Part shown: positions 39,609-53,100 of the stretch, in pieces | Numbering within the stretch: position 1 is the first letter of the stretch | Layout of the letters: the number at the start of each line of letters is the position of its first letter | The notes under the pieces: model-generated | Databases searched by the model: none | The model's input: only the letters and a program-made list of their open reading frames with translations | What the model was told of the DNA's origin: nothing | DNA from: Bacteroidales bacterium | GTDB lineage: Bacteria > Bacteroidota > Bacteroidia > Bacteroidales > WCHB1-69 | DNA: 61,123 nt | Assembly (NCBI GenBank): GCA_031286285.1 | Contig: JAITUN010000325.1 | Location: forward strand, 1-61,123 | Direction: 5' to 3' | Program-made: the position numbers and the translations under genes

Positions 39609-41780
39609 ATGTCCCAATCTTTTTTTATTAAAATCTCTTGCCTTTTTGCCGCACTCTTTGGATTTGTGTTTAGTTCAACTTCTCTTCAAGCACAACATCT
39701 TTTTGCGGTAAACCAAAACAATTTATCACAGGAAAATAGAATACAATTATTGAATCAAATTTCAAATTGTGAGATATCTACTTTACAAATGGTTAAAAAT
39801 AATGAAAATAAAAATGTTTTCCCTGTTGTTTTTTCATCAACACAAAATACGCAAATCATTATTTTAAATGAACTTACTGGAAATAGCGTGGTGATAACGC
39901 CTGTTAATGAAGCTATTACAGAATTTCAGTTGACACCTTTTTTTATTGAGGAATTAAAACAAGCTACACTGGGAGAAGCAGACCGCTATTTGGTTGTGGA
40001 AACGACATCCGATTTTTCTGTGAAAAAAGTTTTCTCTGTATATGTTTCAAGCGACGAACCCTATATTCCTCGCTATTTTTATGGAAAAAAAGAGAATGTA
40101 AAAGAAGCTTTACCGAAAGACCGCCAAATTATTCATATTTTCAAAGAGAAACCACAAATTATTTCTGCTTTTCCGAATGATCCTGCGCAACAAAGCTATA
40201 TTGCACAAATAGAAGAAGAGATGAGTTACTATGTGTATATGTATAAACTTCCTGATGGTACTTTATGTATTTATGATGAACATTTTAATCCGGATAATAC
40301 AAAAAGTTCCGGTAGCGTTGGAAATTACTTAGAATTTGAGCTTACAGGTACTTTGAATGACTTGCAAAGATCTGCTACTGAATTTGGTTTAGAACTCTGG
40401 AGCAATGAGTTGGCAGGAACAGTACCCGTTTCTATCAATGTTGATTTTTATCCCTTAGGTGCCGGAATTATTGGTATGTCTTTCAGAACCCAAAACTTCC
40501 TTGATACTGAAACTAATACTTGGTATTGTTCAGCTTTGTGGAATCAATTGGTGGGTTATAATGCCACTTCGATGAATGATATTTCAATATTAATGAGCTC
40601 TAACTTCAACTTCTATTTTGGCTATGATGGTGTTACAAGCAAAATTGATTACGTTACGATTGTGATACACGAAGTAACCCATGGACTTGGTTTTTATTCC
40701 ATGTGTGACAACTATGGTACTTATTCATACACTACTGAAGAAGGATATTGGGAAAATACTGATTTTCCTGGTATTTACGACCGTATGTTGTATAAAGGAA
40801 TAAGTGGACCTTGTTTAACAGAATTAAATCAAAACGAACGTGCCGAATTAATGACAAGCAACAATATGTATGCAGCGGGACCTAACCTTTTGGTAGCCAA
40901 TGAGGGCGACAGAGTGAAAATTTTTGCCCCTTCAACTTATATGTCAGGTTCTAGTTCGCATCACTGGGATAACAGTGTTACTTTTCCTACTTTTATGAAA
41001 TTTGCTTATGACTATCCTTTGCATACGTTCAATAATAGAAAAATTGGCATATTTATGGATTTAGGTTGGAAGATACCTGATATTAACCCTGAAGCAATTT
41101 GGGTATATTTTTTTGCTAACGGAGGAGAAGGATACAGACCTCCACAGACTTTTATGCCGGGAATTGCTCAGAAATTAAAAATTAATCCTTTCACTAATGC
41201 AGGATATTCTTTTTCTAATTGGAACACTTCTTCTGATGGAACGGGAGACTCCTTTTATGATAGAGAAACTATTACCATTTATGAAGATATGAATCTTTTT
41301 GTTAAATGGAAACCTAACGAATATACGCTTAAATTTTACGCAGATATGGGTATTGTATCCCCAAAATCAAAACAGGTAACTTATGGAGAGCCTATCGGAG
41401 AGCTACCAATACCTGAAAAAGAAGGATATACTTTCAAAGAATGGAAAATTGGGCCCGTAGTAATTGATGAAAGAACAACTTGGAAATATATTTCCGACAT
41501 GACTGCTATGGCAACATGGGGAAAAATACAGAGAGTGTTTGAAAATCAAAATTTTGTGTCTGTTCAAGTGACGCCAAATCCTACAAACAATTATATAGAA
41601 GTATCGATCTTGAATGAAGAATTAAAAATTAATATAGTTGAGTTTTACAACATTGTCGGACAATTGGTAAAAACCGCGCCTATTAAAGAGAAACTTTCTA
41701 GAATTGATATTTCCGATCTGAAAGCCGGAGTTTATATGGTTAAAGTTGACAAAAAAATAGTTAAATTAGTAGTAAATTAG
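39609..41780 (+). CDS. T9SS-secreted HExxH zinc metalloprotease with InlB-B/Flg_new repeats
   Basis: Signal peptide; HEVTHGLGF...GSSSHHWD...FM...MDLGW; F.ANGGEG/GY.F..WNT..DG repeats; CTD PNPT...GVYMVK. Confidence 0.8.
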   Translation: MSQSFFIKISCLFAALFGFVFSSTSLQAQHLFAVNQNNLSQENRIQLLNQISNCEISTLQMVKNNENKNVFPVVFSSTQNTQIIILNELTGNSVVITPVNEAITEFQLTPFFIEELKQATLGEADRYLVVETTSDFSVKKVFSVYVSSDEPYIPRYFYGKKENVKEALPKDRQIIHIFKEKPQIISAFPNDPAQQSYIAQIEEEMSYYVYMYKLPDGTLCIYDEHFNPDNTKSSGSVGNYLEFELTGTLNDLQRSATEFGLELWSNELAGTVPVSINVDFYPLGAGIIGMSFRTQNFLDTETNTWYCSALWNQLVGYNATSMNDISILMSSNFNFYFGYDGVTSKIDYVTIVIHEVTHGLGFYSMCDNYGTYSYTTEEGYWENTDFPGIYDRMLYKGISGPCLTELNQNERAELMTSNNMYAAGPNLLVANEGDRVKIFAPSTYMSGSSSHHWDNSVTFPTFMKFAYDYPLHTFNNRKIGIFMDLGWKIPDINPEAIWVYFFANGGEGYRPPQTFMPGIAQKLKINPFTNAGYSFSNWNTSSDGTGDSFYDRETITIYEDMNLFVKWKPNEYTLKFYADMGIVSPKSKQVTYGEPIGELPIPEKEGYTFKEWKIGPVVIDERTTWKYISDMTAMATWGKIQRVFENQNFVSVQVTPNPTNNYIEVSILNEELKINIVEFYNIVGQLVKTAPIKEKLSRIDISDLKAGVYMVKVDKKIVKLVVN

Positions 41781-41813
41781 TAAAAAAAATATTTATCAAT
41801 TAACAATAATAAT

Positions 41814-44222
41814 ATGAAAAAATCAAACTTATTAAAATTATTTTTGCTTTGTATTGCAATCAGTGGATTTGCTGTGAAAATCAATTTTATTCATGCTCAA
41901 CACCTTTTCTCGGTAAATCAAAACTATGTACCACAAGATAAAAAAGTACAGCTAATGAATCAAATTACAAATTCAGAAATCACAGCTTTGAATCTTGTAA
42001 AAAACAATGAGAATAAAGATCTATTTCCTGTTGCTTTTTCAGATGTACAAAATACGCAAATCATTATTTTGAACGAAGAAACCGGAAATAATGTAGTGAT
42101 AACCCCTTCGGATGAATCACTTACGGAATTTCTATTAGCGCCATTTTTTACTGAAGAATTAAAACAAGCTACGCTTGGAGAGGCAACTCATTATTTAGTA
42201 TTGGTAACAACTGTCGATTTCTCAGTGAAAAGCGTTAATTCCATTTCTTTAACTGCAATCGAAAATAATTTTCTTCCTCAATTTTTTTATGGAAAAAAAG
42301 AAAATGTGAAAGAAGCTTTGCCAAAAGACCGCCAAATTATTAATATTTTCAGAGAAAAACCCAGGCTTATTTCCGCTTTTCCGGATGATCCCGAACATCA
42401 GAGTTATATTGAACAATTAGAGGAGGATATGAGTTATTATGTGTATATGTATAAACTGCCCGATGAAACTTTGATTATTTATGATGAACATTTTAACTCT
42501 GATAATGATAAAAGCGAAAGCAAAGTAGGTGAGTTCTTAGAATTTATATTAAGTGGTACATTAAATGCTACACAGCGCACCGCTACCGAATATGCTTTAT
42601 CGCTTTGGGGAGAGCAATTATTCGGCTCTGTTCCTGTAGATATTAGTGTGTCTTTTTTATCATTAGGTTACGGAGTTCTTGGACAATCTTACCGGCAGCC
42701 AAACTATCTTGATACTGAAACAAATACATGGTATTGTTCTGCTCTTGGAAATCAAATGGCAGGGTATAATGTGGTGCCAAATATGAGAGATATCCGGTTA
42801 GAGATGAGTACAAACTTCAGTTTTTACTTTGGATTGGATGGGAATACATCAGGATACGATTATGTTACCATAATGCTGCACGAAGTAACCCATGGATTAG
42901 GGTTCTATCCCCTGTGCGGAAGTAATGGAGCTTACAGTTATACAACACAGAGCGGAAACTCGCAAAATACTTCTTTTCCCGGGATCTTCGACCGCCAGTT
43001 GTTTCAAGGTTTAGAGGGTGAGTGTATTACAGAGTTAAATCAAAGCCAACGCGCTTCTTTAATGATAAGCAATAATTTGTATGCCGGAGCGCCAAATTCT
43101 GCTTTGTTAGAAGCTAATGGCGGCGTGCGTGTAAAAATGTATGCTCCAGGCTCTTATCAAAGTGGATCAAGTACTTCACATTGGGACCAATCTGTAAATA
43201 ACTTTCAAACTTTTATGAAATATGCCTATGCCTATCCTTTACACACTTTTAATACAAGAAAAATTGGGATAATGCTAGATATGGGCTGGACACTGCCAAC
43301 TACCGAATCAGTATTTGTAAATTATTATGCAAACGGCGGGGAAGGAACTATGTACCCGCAACAATTCACTCCCGATGTTCCAAAACCTTTAATACAAAAT
43401 ATTTTTCAGAAAACAGGATATCTCTTTACACATTGGAACACTTCTCCCGATGGAACCCATGATGAGTCATACGAAGATGGTGAAACCATTTCAATTACTG
43501 AAGATATAGACCTCTATGCCCAATGGAAAGCAGGTGAATATACTCTCAGTTTTAATGCTAATGGAGGAACAGTGGATTCTGCTTCAAAACAAGTAACTTT
43601 TGATGAACTTATTGGAGAACTCCCTTTGCCCGAAAGAAGCGGCTACACTTTTTTAGAATGGAGAATAGGACCCGCGATTATTACGGATAGTACAATTTGG
43701 AACTATCCGCAAAATATGACTACTACAGCATTTTGGAAAATAAGTACTCACATCATTACTGCAACTGCCGGCGAGGGAGGAAAAATATCTCCCTCAGGAG
43801 AAAATACTGTTAATGAGGGAAGTAACCTGTCTTTTACCATCACTCCTGATGAAGAATTTATTGTATCAAATGTTTTGATTGATGGGGATAGTATCGGACC
43901 CATTGAAAAGTATATGTTTGAAAATATTATTGCTTCTCATACCATTCATGCAGAATTTAAAAGCACAATTGGAATAGCTGAAATTCATAAGAATCTGTCC
44001 ATACAGATCATTCCTAATCCTGCAAAAAATTGTATTGAACTACGAATTACAAATAAAGATTTAAAAATAAATCAGATTGAGTTTTATAATATTTTCGGAC
44101 AGTTGGTAAAAACTGTACTTATTCAAGATTATCTCTCAAATATGATTGATATCTCGGATCTTAAAGCGGGAATTTATATGGTAAAAGTAGGCGAAAAAAC
44201 AGTAAAGTTAGTGGTAAATTAG
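41814..44222 (+). CDS. Paralogous T9SS HExxH metalloprotease with Flg_new repeats and an extra Ig-like repeat
   Basis: Shares long stretches with the upstream gene (FYGKKENVKEALPKDRQII, MSYYVYMYKLPD); HEVTHGLGF...GSSTSHWD; CTD. Confidence 0.8.
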   Translation: MKKSNLLKLFLLCIAISGFAVKINFIHAQHLFSVNQNYVPQDKKVQLMNQITNSEITALNLVKNNENKDLFPVAFSDVQNTQIIILNEETGNNVVITPSDESLTEFLLAPFFTEELKQATLGEATHYLVLVTTVDFSVKSVNSISLTAIENNFLPQFFYGKKENVKEALPKDRQIINIFREKPRLISAFPDDPEHQSYIEQLEEDMSYYVYMYKLPDETLIIYDEHFNSDNDKSESKVGEFLEFILSGTLNATQRTATEYALSLWGEQLFGSVPVDISVSFLSLGYGVLGQSYRQPNYLDTETNTWYCSALGNQMAGYNVVPNMRDIRLEMSTNFSFYFGLDGNTSGYDYVTIMLHEVTHGLGFYPLCGSNGAYSYTTQSGNSQNTSFPGIFDRQLFQGLEGECITELNQSQRASLMISNNLYAGAPNSALLEANGGVRVKMYAPGSYQSGSSTSHWDQSVNNFQTFMKYAYAYPLHTFNTRKIGIMLDMGWTLPTTESVFVNYYANGGEGTMYPQQFTPDVPKPLIQNIFQKTGYLFTHWNTSPDGTHDESYEDGETISITEDIDLYAQWKAGEYTLSFNANGGTVDSASKQVTFDELIGELPLPERSGYTFLEWRIGPAIITDSTIWNYPQNMTTTAFWKISTHIITATAGEGGKISPSGENTVNEGSNLSFTITPDEEFIVSNVLIDGDSIGPIEKYMFENIIASHTIHAEFKSTIGIAEIHKNLSIQIIPNPAKNCIELRITNKDLKINQIEFYNIFGQLVKTVLIQDYLSNMIDISDLKAGIYMVKVGEKTVKLVVN

Positions 44223-44248
44223 ATGATGAGTTGATATATAATCTCTTC

Positions 44249-46708
44249 TTACAACTCTACTATCGTAATCCCTGCGCCACCTCTTTCCACTGCATCATCA
44301 TAGTATTTTGCCACCTCTTTGCTCTTAGAGAGAAATTGTCTTATGACGTGGCGAAGGATTCCGTTTCCTTTGCCGTGCAAAATGGAAACCCTGTGAATGC
44401 TAAGCAAAACCGCTTCGTCAATATAAGATTCTAAGGTTTTGAGCGCTTCCTCCGCGCGCATTCCACGCACATCAATTTTTGAGGAGAATTTTGCCACTTT
44501 CTCGTTCAAAATGGCGCCAATGCACGTACCATCCAATTTTGCCGAACCACGCTTCACGCTTCGCGCATCATTTTTGCTAATCTTAGTAACCTTAGCTAAT
44601 TGTGTTTTAAAGGAAATAGAGTTGAATGAAACAGTAACATCATCGTCTTGAAGTTGCGTAACCTCCCCAACGGTCTGAATTTCATTGATAAATACGGCAT
44701 CGCCTACGCGAATTTTGGGATCTATGGTTTCAATATTCTGCGCTGCCAAGGGCGCCGGTTTTATAGGAACTATGGGCGTTATTTCCTCTATCTGTTCCAT
44801 TTGTTCAATTATTTTTTCAATTTTTTCTTTGTTATGATGAACCTCTTTACGAAGCGCTTTAGTTTTTTCTGCATCCGCTTTGGCTTCTTTAATCTCGCGA
44901 ATGACTTTTTCTATCGCCTGATTGGCGCCTTCGATAACAGAGAGCGCCTGATTTTTTGCTTTTTGTAAAATCTCTTTTCGTTGTTTCTCAAACTCAGAGA
45001 ATTTTGTGCTGTAGTTGGCAATCATCTCTGCCAATTTGTCGTCGGTTTGGGTAAGCCGCTTCAACATATTATCAATCTCAAGTTTTTCTATTTCAATTTC
45101 ATCCAGTTTCCGTTCATAATCAATTTGAGCAGTACCTGATTTAGAGATTGCATTGTCAATAATTTTTTCCTGCAGTCCAATCTGTCGGGCTATTTCGTAA
45201 GTGAAAGAGCTCCCCGGTTTCCCCTGTTTCAACTTAAATAGTGGCTTCATCTGCATAGTATCGAACAACATAGCGCCGTTTTCAGCTTCAGGATGAGCGT
45301 CGCAAAAAAGTTTCAAATTTCCATAATGGGTGGTAATAATTCCAAATGATTTTTTTGGATAAAGTTCTTCCAACATCGCCTCTGCCATCGCACCACCCAA
45401 GGTTGGCTCTGTCCCTGAACCAAATTCATCAATCAAAAATAGAGATGAGTTATCCAAATATTCCAACATTACTGATAAATGTTTTAAATGCGAACTGTAT
45501 GTACTCAAATCATTTTCAATAGATTGTTCGTCACCCAAGGCTATAAAGAAAGAGGTAAAGATTCCCATGCCGGAGGTGCTGTCTAAGGGTACTAACAACC
45601 CGCATTGCAGCATATATTGCAGTAGTCCTATTGTTTTCAAGCATACCGATTTTCCGCCTGCGTTAGGACCGGAAATAATTAAGATCCTTTTTTCTTTATT
45701 CAAATGAATATCTAGAGGCACCACTTTTTTATTTCCGGCATGCTCTTTTTGAAAGGTTAGAAACAGAATGGGGTGGACAGCGTTATTCCACTCCATTATT
45801 TGAGTATCAAACAGATGGGGTAATGTGGCATTTATTTCGATAGCAAACATAGCTTTTGCTCGAATAAAGTCTATGGTTCCAAGAAAATCAACTCCTATTA
45901 AAAGATTAGGAATAGAGATTCTAATCTGGTTAGCAATTTCTGTCAAAATGCGAATAATCTCTCTTCGTTCGGCGTTGAGCAGATCTTTCAGTTCGTTGTT
46001 AGCGTCAAAAACTTCTGTAGGCTCAATAAATACGGTTTGTCCGGTTGCTGATTCATCGTGGATAAATCCTTTTAAACGTCTCTTGAACTGCGCTTGCACG
46101 GGAATGCAGAGCCGTCCGTTTCTGATAGTCATCTCTGCATCCTCCTTAACAATTCCATCCTGTTTAGCTACTGACAACAGTTTATTGATTTTCCGATCTG
46201 CCTCTCCGGAGATCTTGATAATCTCTCGCTTGATGCGACGCAACTCTTCCGATGCACCATCTCTGAGTTGTCCTTTTGGGTCTATGATTTTGTTTATTGA
46301 TTCTAATAAATTCTTTTCTAATAGAATATCTTTACACAAATCCCACAAATGTGGATATTTTTCTTCTTCATTTTTAATTCTAAAAAAGACTACTGTTTCC
46401 ACAATTGCTTGCAAAAATCCGCGTATTTGTGCCAACTCATCAATCTCTAAGAAACTGCCTTCCAAACGAATGGCTTTAATCAGCGGACGCACATCGTTAA
46501 AATCCTGTGCTGAAAATGCCGAATCGAATTGTAATAATTGATGAAATTGAAAAGTGACTTCTAACGCCACTGTGAGTTCTTCAAAATTCGTGGAATATTG
46601 AATATTGTTCACATATTCTCTCCCCATATTACTCACACACAAATTTTTAATTTGTTCGCGAATAATGTCAAACCCAATTTTTACTTCAAAATTATTCGGA
46701 TAGATCAT
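44249..46708 (-). CDS. mutS2: MutS2 (Smr-domain) endonuclease / ribosome-collision factor
   Basis: HDESATGQTVFIEP, ISGPNAGGKS, GDEQSIENDLSTYSSHL, DEFGSGTEP, TTHY; C-terminal Smr D.RG...HGKG.G.LR. Confidence 0.95.
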   Translation of the reverse strand: MIYPNNFEVKIGFDIIREQIKNLCVSNMGREYVNNIQYSTNFEELTVALEVTFQFHQLLQFDSAFSAQDFNDVRPLIKAIRLEGSFLEIDELAQIRGFLQAIVETVVFFRIKNEEEKYPHLWDLCKDILLEKNLLESINKIIDPKGQLRDGASEELRRIKREIIKISGEADRKINKLLSVAKQDGIVKEDAEMTIRNGRLCIPVQAQFKRRLKGFIHDESATGQTVFIEPTEVFDANNELKDLLNAERREIIRILTEIANQIRISIPNLLIGVDFLGTIDFIRAKAMFAIEINATLPHLFDTQIMEWNNAVHPILFLTFQKEHAGNKKVVPLDIHLNKEKRILIISGPNAGGKSVCLKTIGLLQYMLQCGLLVPLDSTSGMGIFTSFFIALGDEQSIENDLSTYSSHLKHLSVMLEYLDNSSLFLIDEFGSGTEPTLGGAMAEAMLEELYPKKSFGIITTHYGNLKLFCDAHPEAENGAMLFDTMQMKPLFKLKQGKPGSSFTYEIARQIGLQEKIIDNAISKSGTAQIDYERKLDEIEIEKLEIDNMLKRLTQTDDKLAEMIANYSTKFSEFEKQRKEILQKAKNQALSVIEGANQAIEKVIREIKEAKADAEKTKALRKEVHHNKEKIEKIIEQMEQIEEITPIVPIKPAPLAAQNIETIDPKIRVGDAVFINEIQTVGEVTQLQDDDVTVSFNSISFKTQLAKVTKISKNDARSVKRGSAKLDGTCIGAILNEKVAKFSSKIDVRGMRAEEALKTLESYIDEAVLLSIHRVSILHGKGNGILRHVIRQFLSKSKEVAKYYDDAVERGGAGITIVEL

Positions 46709-46797
46709 GAGGACAAAAATAATCTTTTCTATGGAGTTTCAATATATCTTTTAAACCTTTTCTAAATAATTTTATGTTTCTTTGCTTTAACTATTAA

Positions 46798-48858
<2,061 letters not shown>

Positions 48859-48925
48859 CAAAAACTAATTTTGTTCTGTCGCCGTTAAAAACTTTGATTA
48901 ATAAAACGAAAAAATATCTATAATA

Positions 48926-50488
48926 ATGAAACCCTTTATGAAATCCGGAAAATTAGGAATTGATTTTAAAAAAGTTAATGAAGCAAAAGCGATAGCAGCT
49001 TCTATTGCACAAGAAGTGCAGCAATTTGTAAACCGATATACTACGGTTACAGTAGAGCGCACACTATGTCGTTTATTTGGTATTGATGGCGTGGATGCCC
49101 ATGAAGTTCCGCTTCCCAACGTAGTTGTTGATCAGTTACACCAATCAGGATTATTGGGACAAGGTACCCTCTTCTTCTTAGGTAATGCTATATTGGAAAC
49201 CCGACTCACTACTCAGCAAATTGCTGAAAAAATAGCAGAAAACAAGTTGGATATTACTCAACTTCCTATTCATTCGGATGAAGAGATCCAAAATGCTGTG
49301 GCTCCTTATATTGAAGCTACACTACAAAAAATTTTACAAAATGTGGAAAAACGGCGTAGCTTTATAGAAAAATTGGGCGAAGGCACTCAACCTTATATTT
49401 ATGTAATTGTGGCTACAGGAAATATATATGAAGATGTCGTTCAGGCGCAAGCGGCTGCACGTCAAGGAGCAGACATTATTGCGGTGATCAGAACTACCGG
49501 ACAAAGCCTATTGGATTATGTACCCTACGGAGCTACAACAGAAGGTTTTGGAGGTACTTTCGCCACGCAGGAAAATTTCCGGATTATGCGTAAAGCATTA
49601 GATGATGTGGGAGAAGAAGTGGGACGCTACATCCGTTTGTGTAACTATTGTTCCGGATTGTGTATGCCCGAAATTGCAGCCATGGGAGCTTTAGAACGAT
49701 TGGACGTAATGCTCAACGATGCCTTGTATGGAATTCTGTTTAGAGATATTAATCCGCAAAGAACCTTAGTTGACCAATATTTTTCAAGAATCATAAACGG
49801 ATTTGCAGGAGTAATTATAAATACCGGAGAAGACAACTATTTAACTACCGCTGATGCCATTGAAGAAGCACATACAGTATTGGCTTCAGATTTGATTAAT
49901 GAACAGCTGGCTTTATTGGCGGGAATCCCAGAAGAACAAATGGGATTAGGACACGCTTTTGAAATGGACCCCGAATTGAAAAACGGATTTCTTTATGAAC
50001 TCGCACAAGCTCAAATGACTCGCGAAATATTCCCAAAAGCACCACTGAAATATATGCCCCCTACTAAATTTATGACCGGAAATATTTTTAAAGGACACCT
50101 TCAAGATGCACTGTTTAATATGATTGGAATTTGGACAAAACAAGGAATCCAATTGCTGGGGATGCCTACCGAGGCAATTCATACACCATTTATGTCGGAT
50201 AGATTTTTAGCGATTGAAAATGCAAAATATATATTCAATAATATGGCTAACATTGGTGATGAAATAGAATTTGTAGAGGATGGTGTAATTCGAAAACGCG
50301 CGCAATTTATATTGGATGAAGCGATAAAACTATTGAAAGTGATTGAAAAAGAAGGGCTTTTCACAACATTGGAGAAAGGTAATTTTGGCAATGTAAAACG
50401 TCCAAAAACGGGAGGAAAAGGACTTCAAGGTGTTGCTGAAAAAGCAACACACTACTTCAACCCATTTATTGAAAAGATGAAATCGTAA
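48926..50488 (+). CDS. kamD: D-lysine/beta-lysine 5,6-aminomutase alpha subunit
   Basis: TTVTVERT.CRL.GIDGV, YVIVATGNIYEDV.QA, RTTGQSLLDYVPYGAT.EGFGGT.ATQENFR, NYCSGLCMPEIA, KYMPPTK. Confidence 0.93.
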   Translation: MKPFMKSGKLGIDFKKVNEAKAIAASIAQEVQQFVNRYTTVTVERTLCRLFGIDGVDAHEVPLPNVVVDQLHQSGLLGQGTLFFLGNAILETRLTTQQIAEKIAENKLDITQLPIHSDEEIQNAVAPYIEATLQKILQNVEKRRSFIEKLGEGTQPYIYVIVATGNIYEDVVQAQAAARQGADIIAVIRTTGQSLLDYVPYGATTEGFGGTFATQENFRIMRKALDDVGEEVGRYIRLCNYCSGLCMPEIAAMGALERLDVMLNDALYGILFRDINPQRTLVDQYFSRIINGFAGVIINTGEDNYLTTADAIEEAHTVLASDLINEQLALLAGIPEEQMGLGHAFEMDPELKNGFLYELAQAQMTREIFPKAPLKYMPPTKFMTGNIFKGHLQDALFNMIGIWTKQGIQLLGMPTEAIHTPFMSDRFLAIENAKYIFNNMANIGDEIEFVEDGVIRKRAQFILDEAIKLLKVIEKEGLFTTLEKGNFGNVKRPKTGGKGLQGVAEKATHYFNPFIEKMKS

Positions 50489-50489
50489 G

Positions 50490-51161
50490 TTAGTTCCTAT
50501 CATCATCTTCCTCTTCATCTTCAAAATAAACTTTTTTTGCCGGTCCTTCATTTTTATAAAAAAAAGCTAAAACAACTCCTGTGATAGAGCCCGCCAAATG
50601 TCCTTCCCAGGAAATGTTTTTTTCGGGAAACAATTGCGGAAAAAATCCCCACACAATACTCCCATATAAAAAAATGATAATGAGAGAAAAAGCCATTAAT
50701 TTGGGTTCCTGCTTTAAGATAGATATCGTTATTAAAAAAAATGCCAACGCATAAACAATACCACTAGCGCCAATATGAACTCCATTAGTGCCAATAATCC
50801 AAGTGAAAATTCCTGCCAGTAAGTAGGTCATCATTAAGAGTAATACCGACTTTTTGTGGAAAAAATAGAAAATGGAAAACAACAAAACTAACAAAGGAAT
50901 AGAATTGGAACACAGATGCGGCAAATCACCATGCAAAAAAGGCATGGTGAAAATTCCTGACAACCCTGCAATATCTCTTGGCAATAACCCGTAATCATTC
51001 CAATGAAACCTAAAAATATCGTTAATGAGAAAAACAACCCATAAAACGGAAACTATTATTACAGATTTTAAGATGGCGTGAAGAAAAAGTTCTCGCTCAA
51101 ACTCTTTGGTAGTCTCTTGTGGTTTAATAGGAATGGGTTCTTTTTCGGGGGTGGTTTCCAT
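50490..51161 (-). CDS. Rhomboid-family intramembrane serine protease
   Basis: PFLHG...HL.SN, HIGASG, SWEGHL.G. Start at ATG 51161, downstream of the -7 box at 51177-51184. Confidence 0.9.
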   Translation of the reverse strand: METTPEKEPIPIKPQETTKEFERELFLHAILKSVIIVSVLWVVFLINDIFRFHWNDYGLLPRDIAGLSGIFTMPFLHGDLPHLCSNSIPLLVLLFSIFYFFHKKSVLLLMMTYLLAGIFTWIIGTNGVHIGASGIVYALAFFLITISILKQEPKLMAFSLIIIFLYGSIVWGFFPQLFPEKNISWEGHLAGSITGVVLAFFYKNEGPAKKVYFEDEEEDDDRN

Positions 51162-51243
51162 TAAAAAAAATTTGTGCAAAAATAGAATAATATCAAGTAA
51201 TAAAAAATAATATCTTTGCCCAAATTTTTATAAATATTATTAA

Positions 51244-52266
<1,023 letters not shown>

Positions 52267-52341
52267 CGGTTAATTATTTCAATAACCCGTTTTGTACAAT
52301 TGATGTAATTGATAAATTCATGAAACATTGTTTATGTAAGT

Positions 52342-53100
52342 ATGACAAACAAAATTTCAGCTGTCATTATTACTTTTAACGAAGAGCGCAATATTGCCAC
52401 GTGTATCCAATCATTACAAGAGGTGGCAGATGAAATCATTGTAGTTGACAGTGGTTCTACAGATAAAACGGAAGAGATTTGCAAACATCTTGGAGCAAAA
52501 TTTATTGTGCGTCAGTGGGATAATTTTAGTTCTCAGAAGAATTATGCCAATAGTTTAGCCTCTTTCGATTATATCTTGTCAATTGATGCTGATGAATTAT
52601 TATCTACTAAATTGAGAAATTCAATTTTGATAGAAAAACAACATCTTAATTATGAGGCATATCATTTCAATCGGTTGACATATTTTTTAGGCAAACCCAT
52701 TAAACATTGTGGTTGGTATCCTGACAAAAAAGTTCGATTATTCAATAAGAACACCTCCTATTGGAAAGGTGATGTTCATGAAACTTTGGTTCTTTCTCAG
52801 ACACCTGTATTTTTATCCGGTGATTTACTGCATTACACTACTGATAATTTGTTTTCACAAATTGAGAAAGTTAATAAATATTCTGAAACTTATGCCCTTG
52901 AAGCAGTTGCAAAAGGAAAGAAGGTCTTTTTATTGAAATTAATTTTTAAACCACTATTCAAATTCTGTAGCGTTTATTTTTTGAAACTTGGTTTTATTGA
53001 TGGTTGGAATGGTTTTTTGATTAGTTGCCTGACCTCATTTGATACATTTCTGCGTTTGTGTAAAATGAGAATTTTGACTAAAAAAAAACAGACTATTTAA
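52342..53100 (+). CDS. GT2 glycosyltransferase (WaaE/LgtF-like)
   Basis: IITFNEE.NI..C, VVDSGSTD.T, IDADE, GWYPD..VRLF, VHE, L.HY. Confidence 0.88.
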   Translation: MTNKISAVIITFNEERNIATCIQSLQEVADEIIVVDSGSTDKTEEICKHLGAKFIVRQWDNFSSQKNYANSLASFDYILSIDADELLSTKLRNSILIEKQHLNYEAYHFNRLTYFLGKPIKHCGWYPDKKVRLFNKNTSYWKGDVHETLVLSQTPVFLSGDLLHYTTDNLFSQIEKVNKYSETYALEAVAKGKKVFLLKLIFKPLFKFCSVYFLKLGFIDGWNGFLISCLTSFDTFLRLCKMRILTKKKQTI

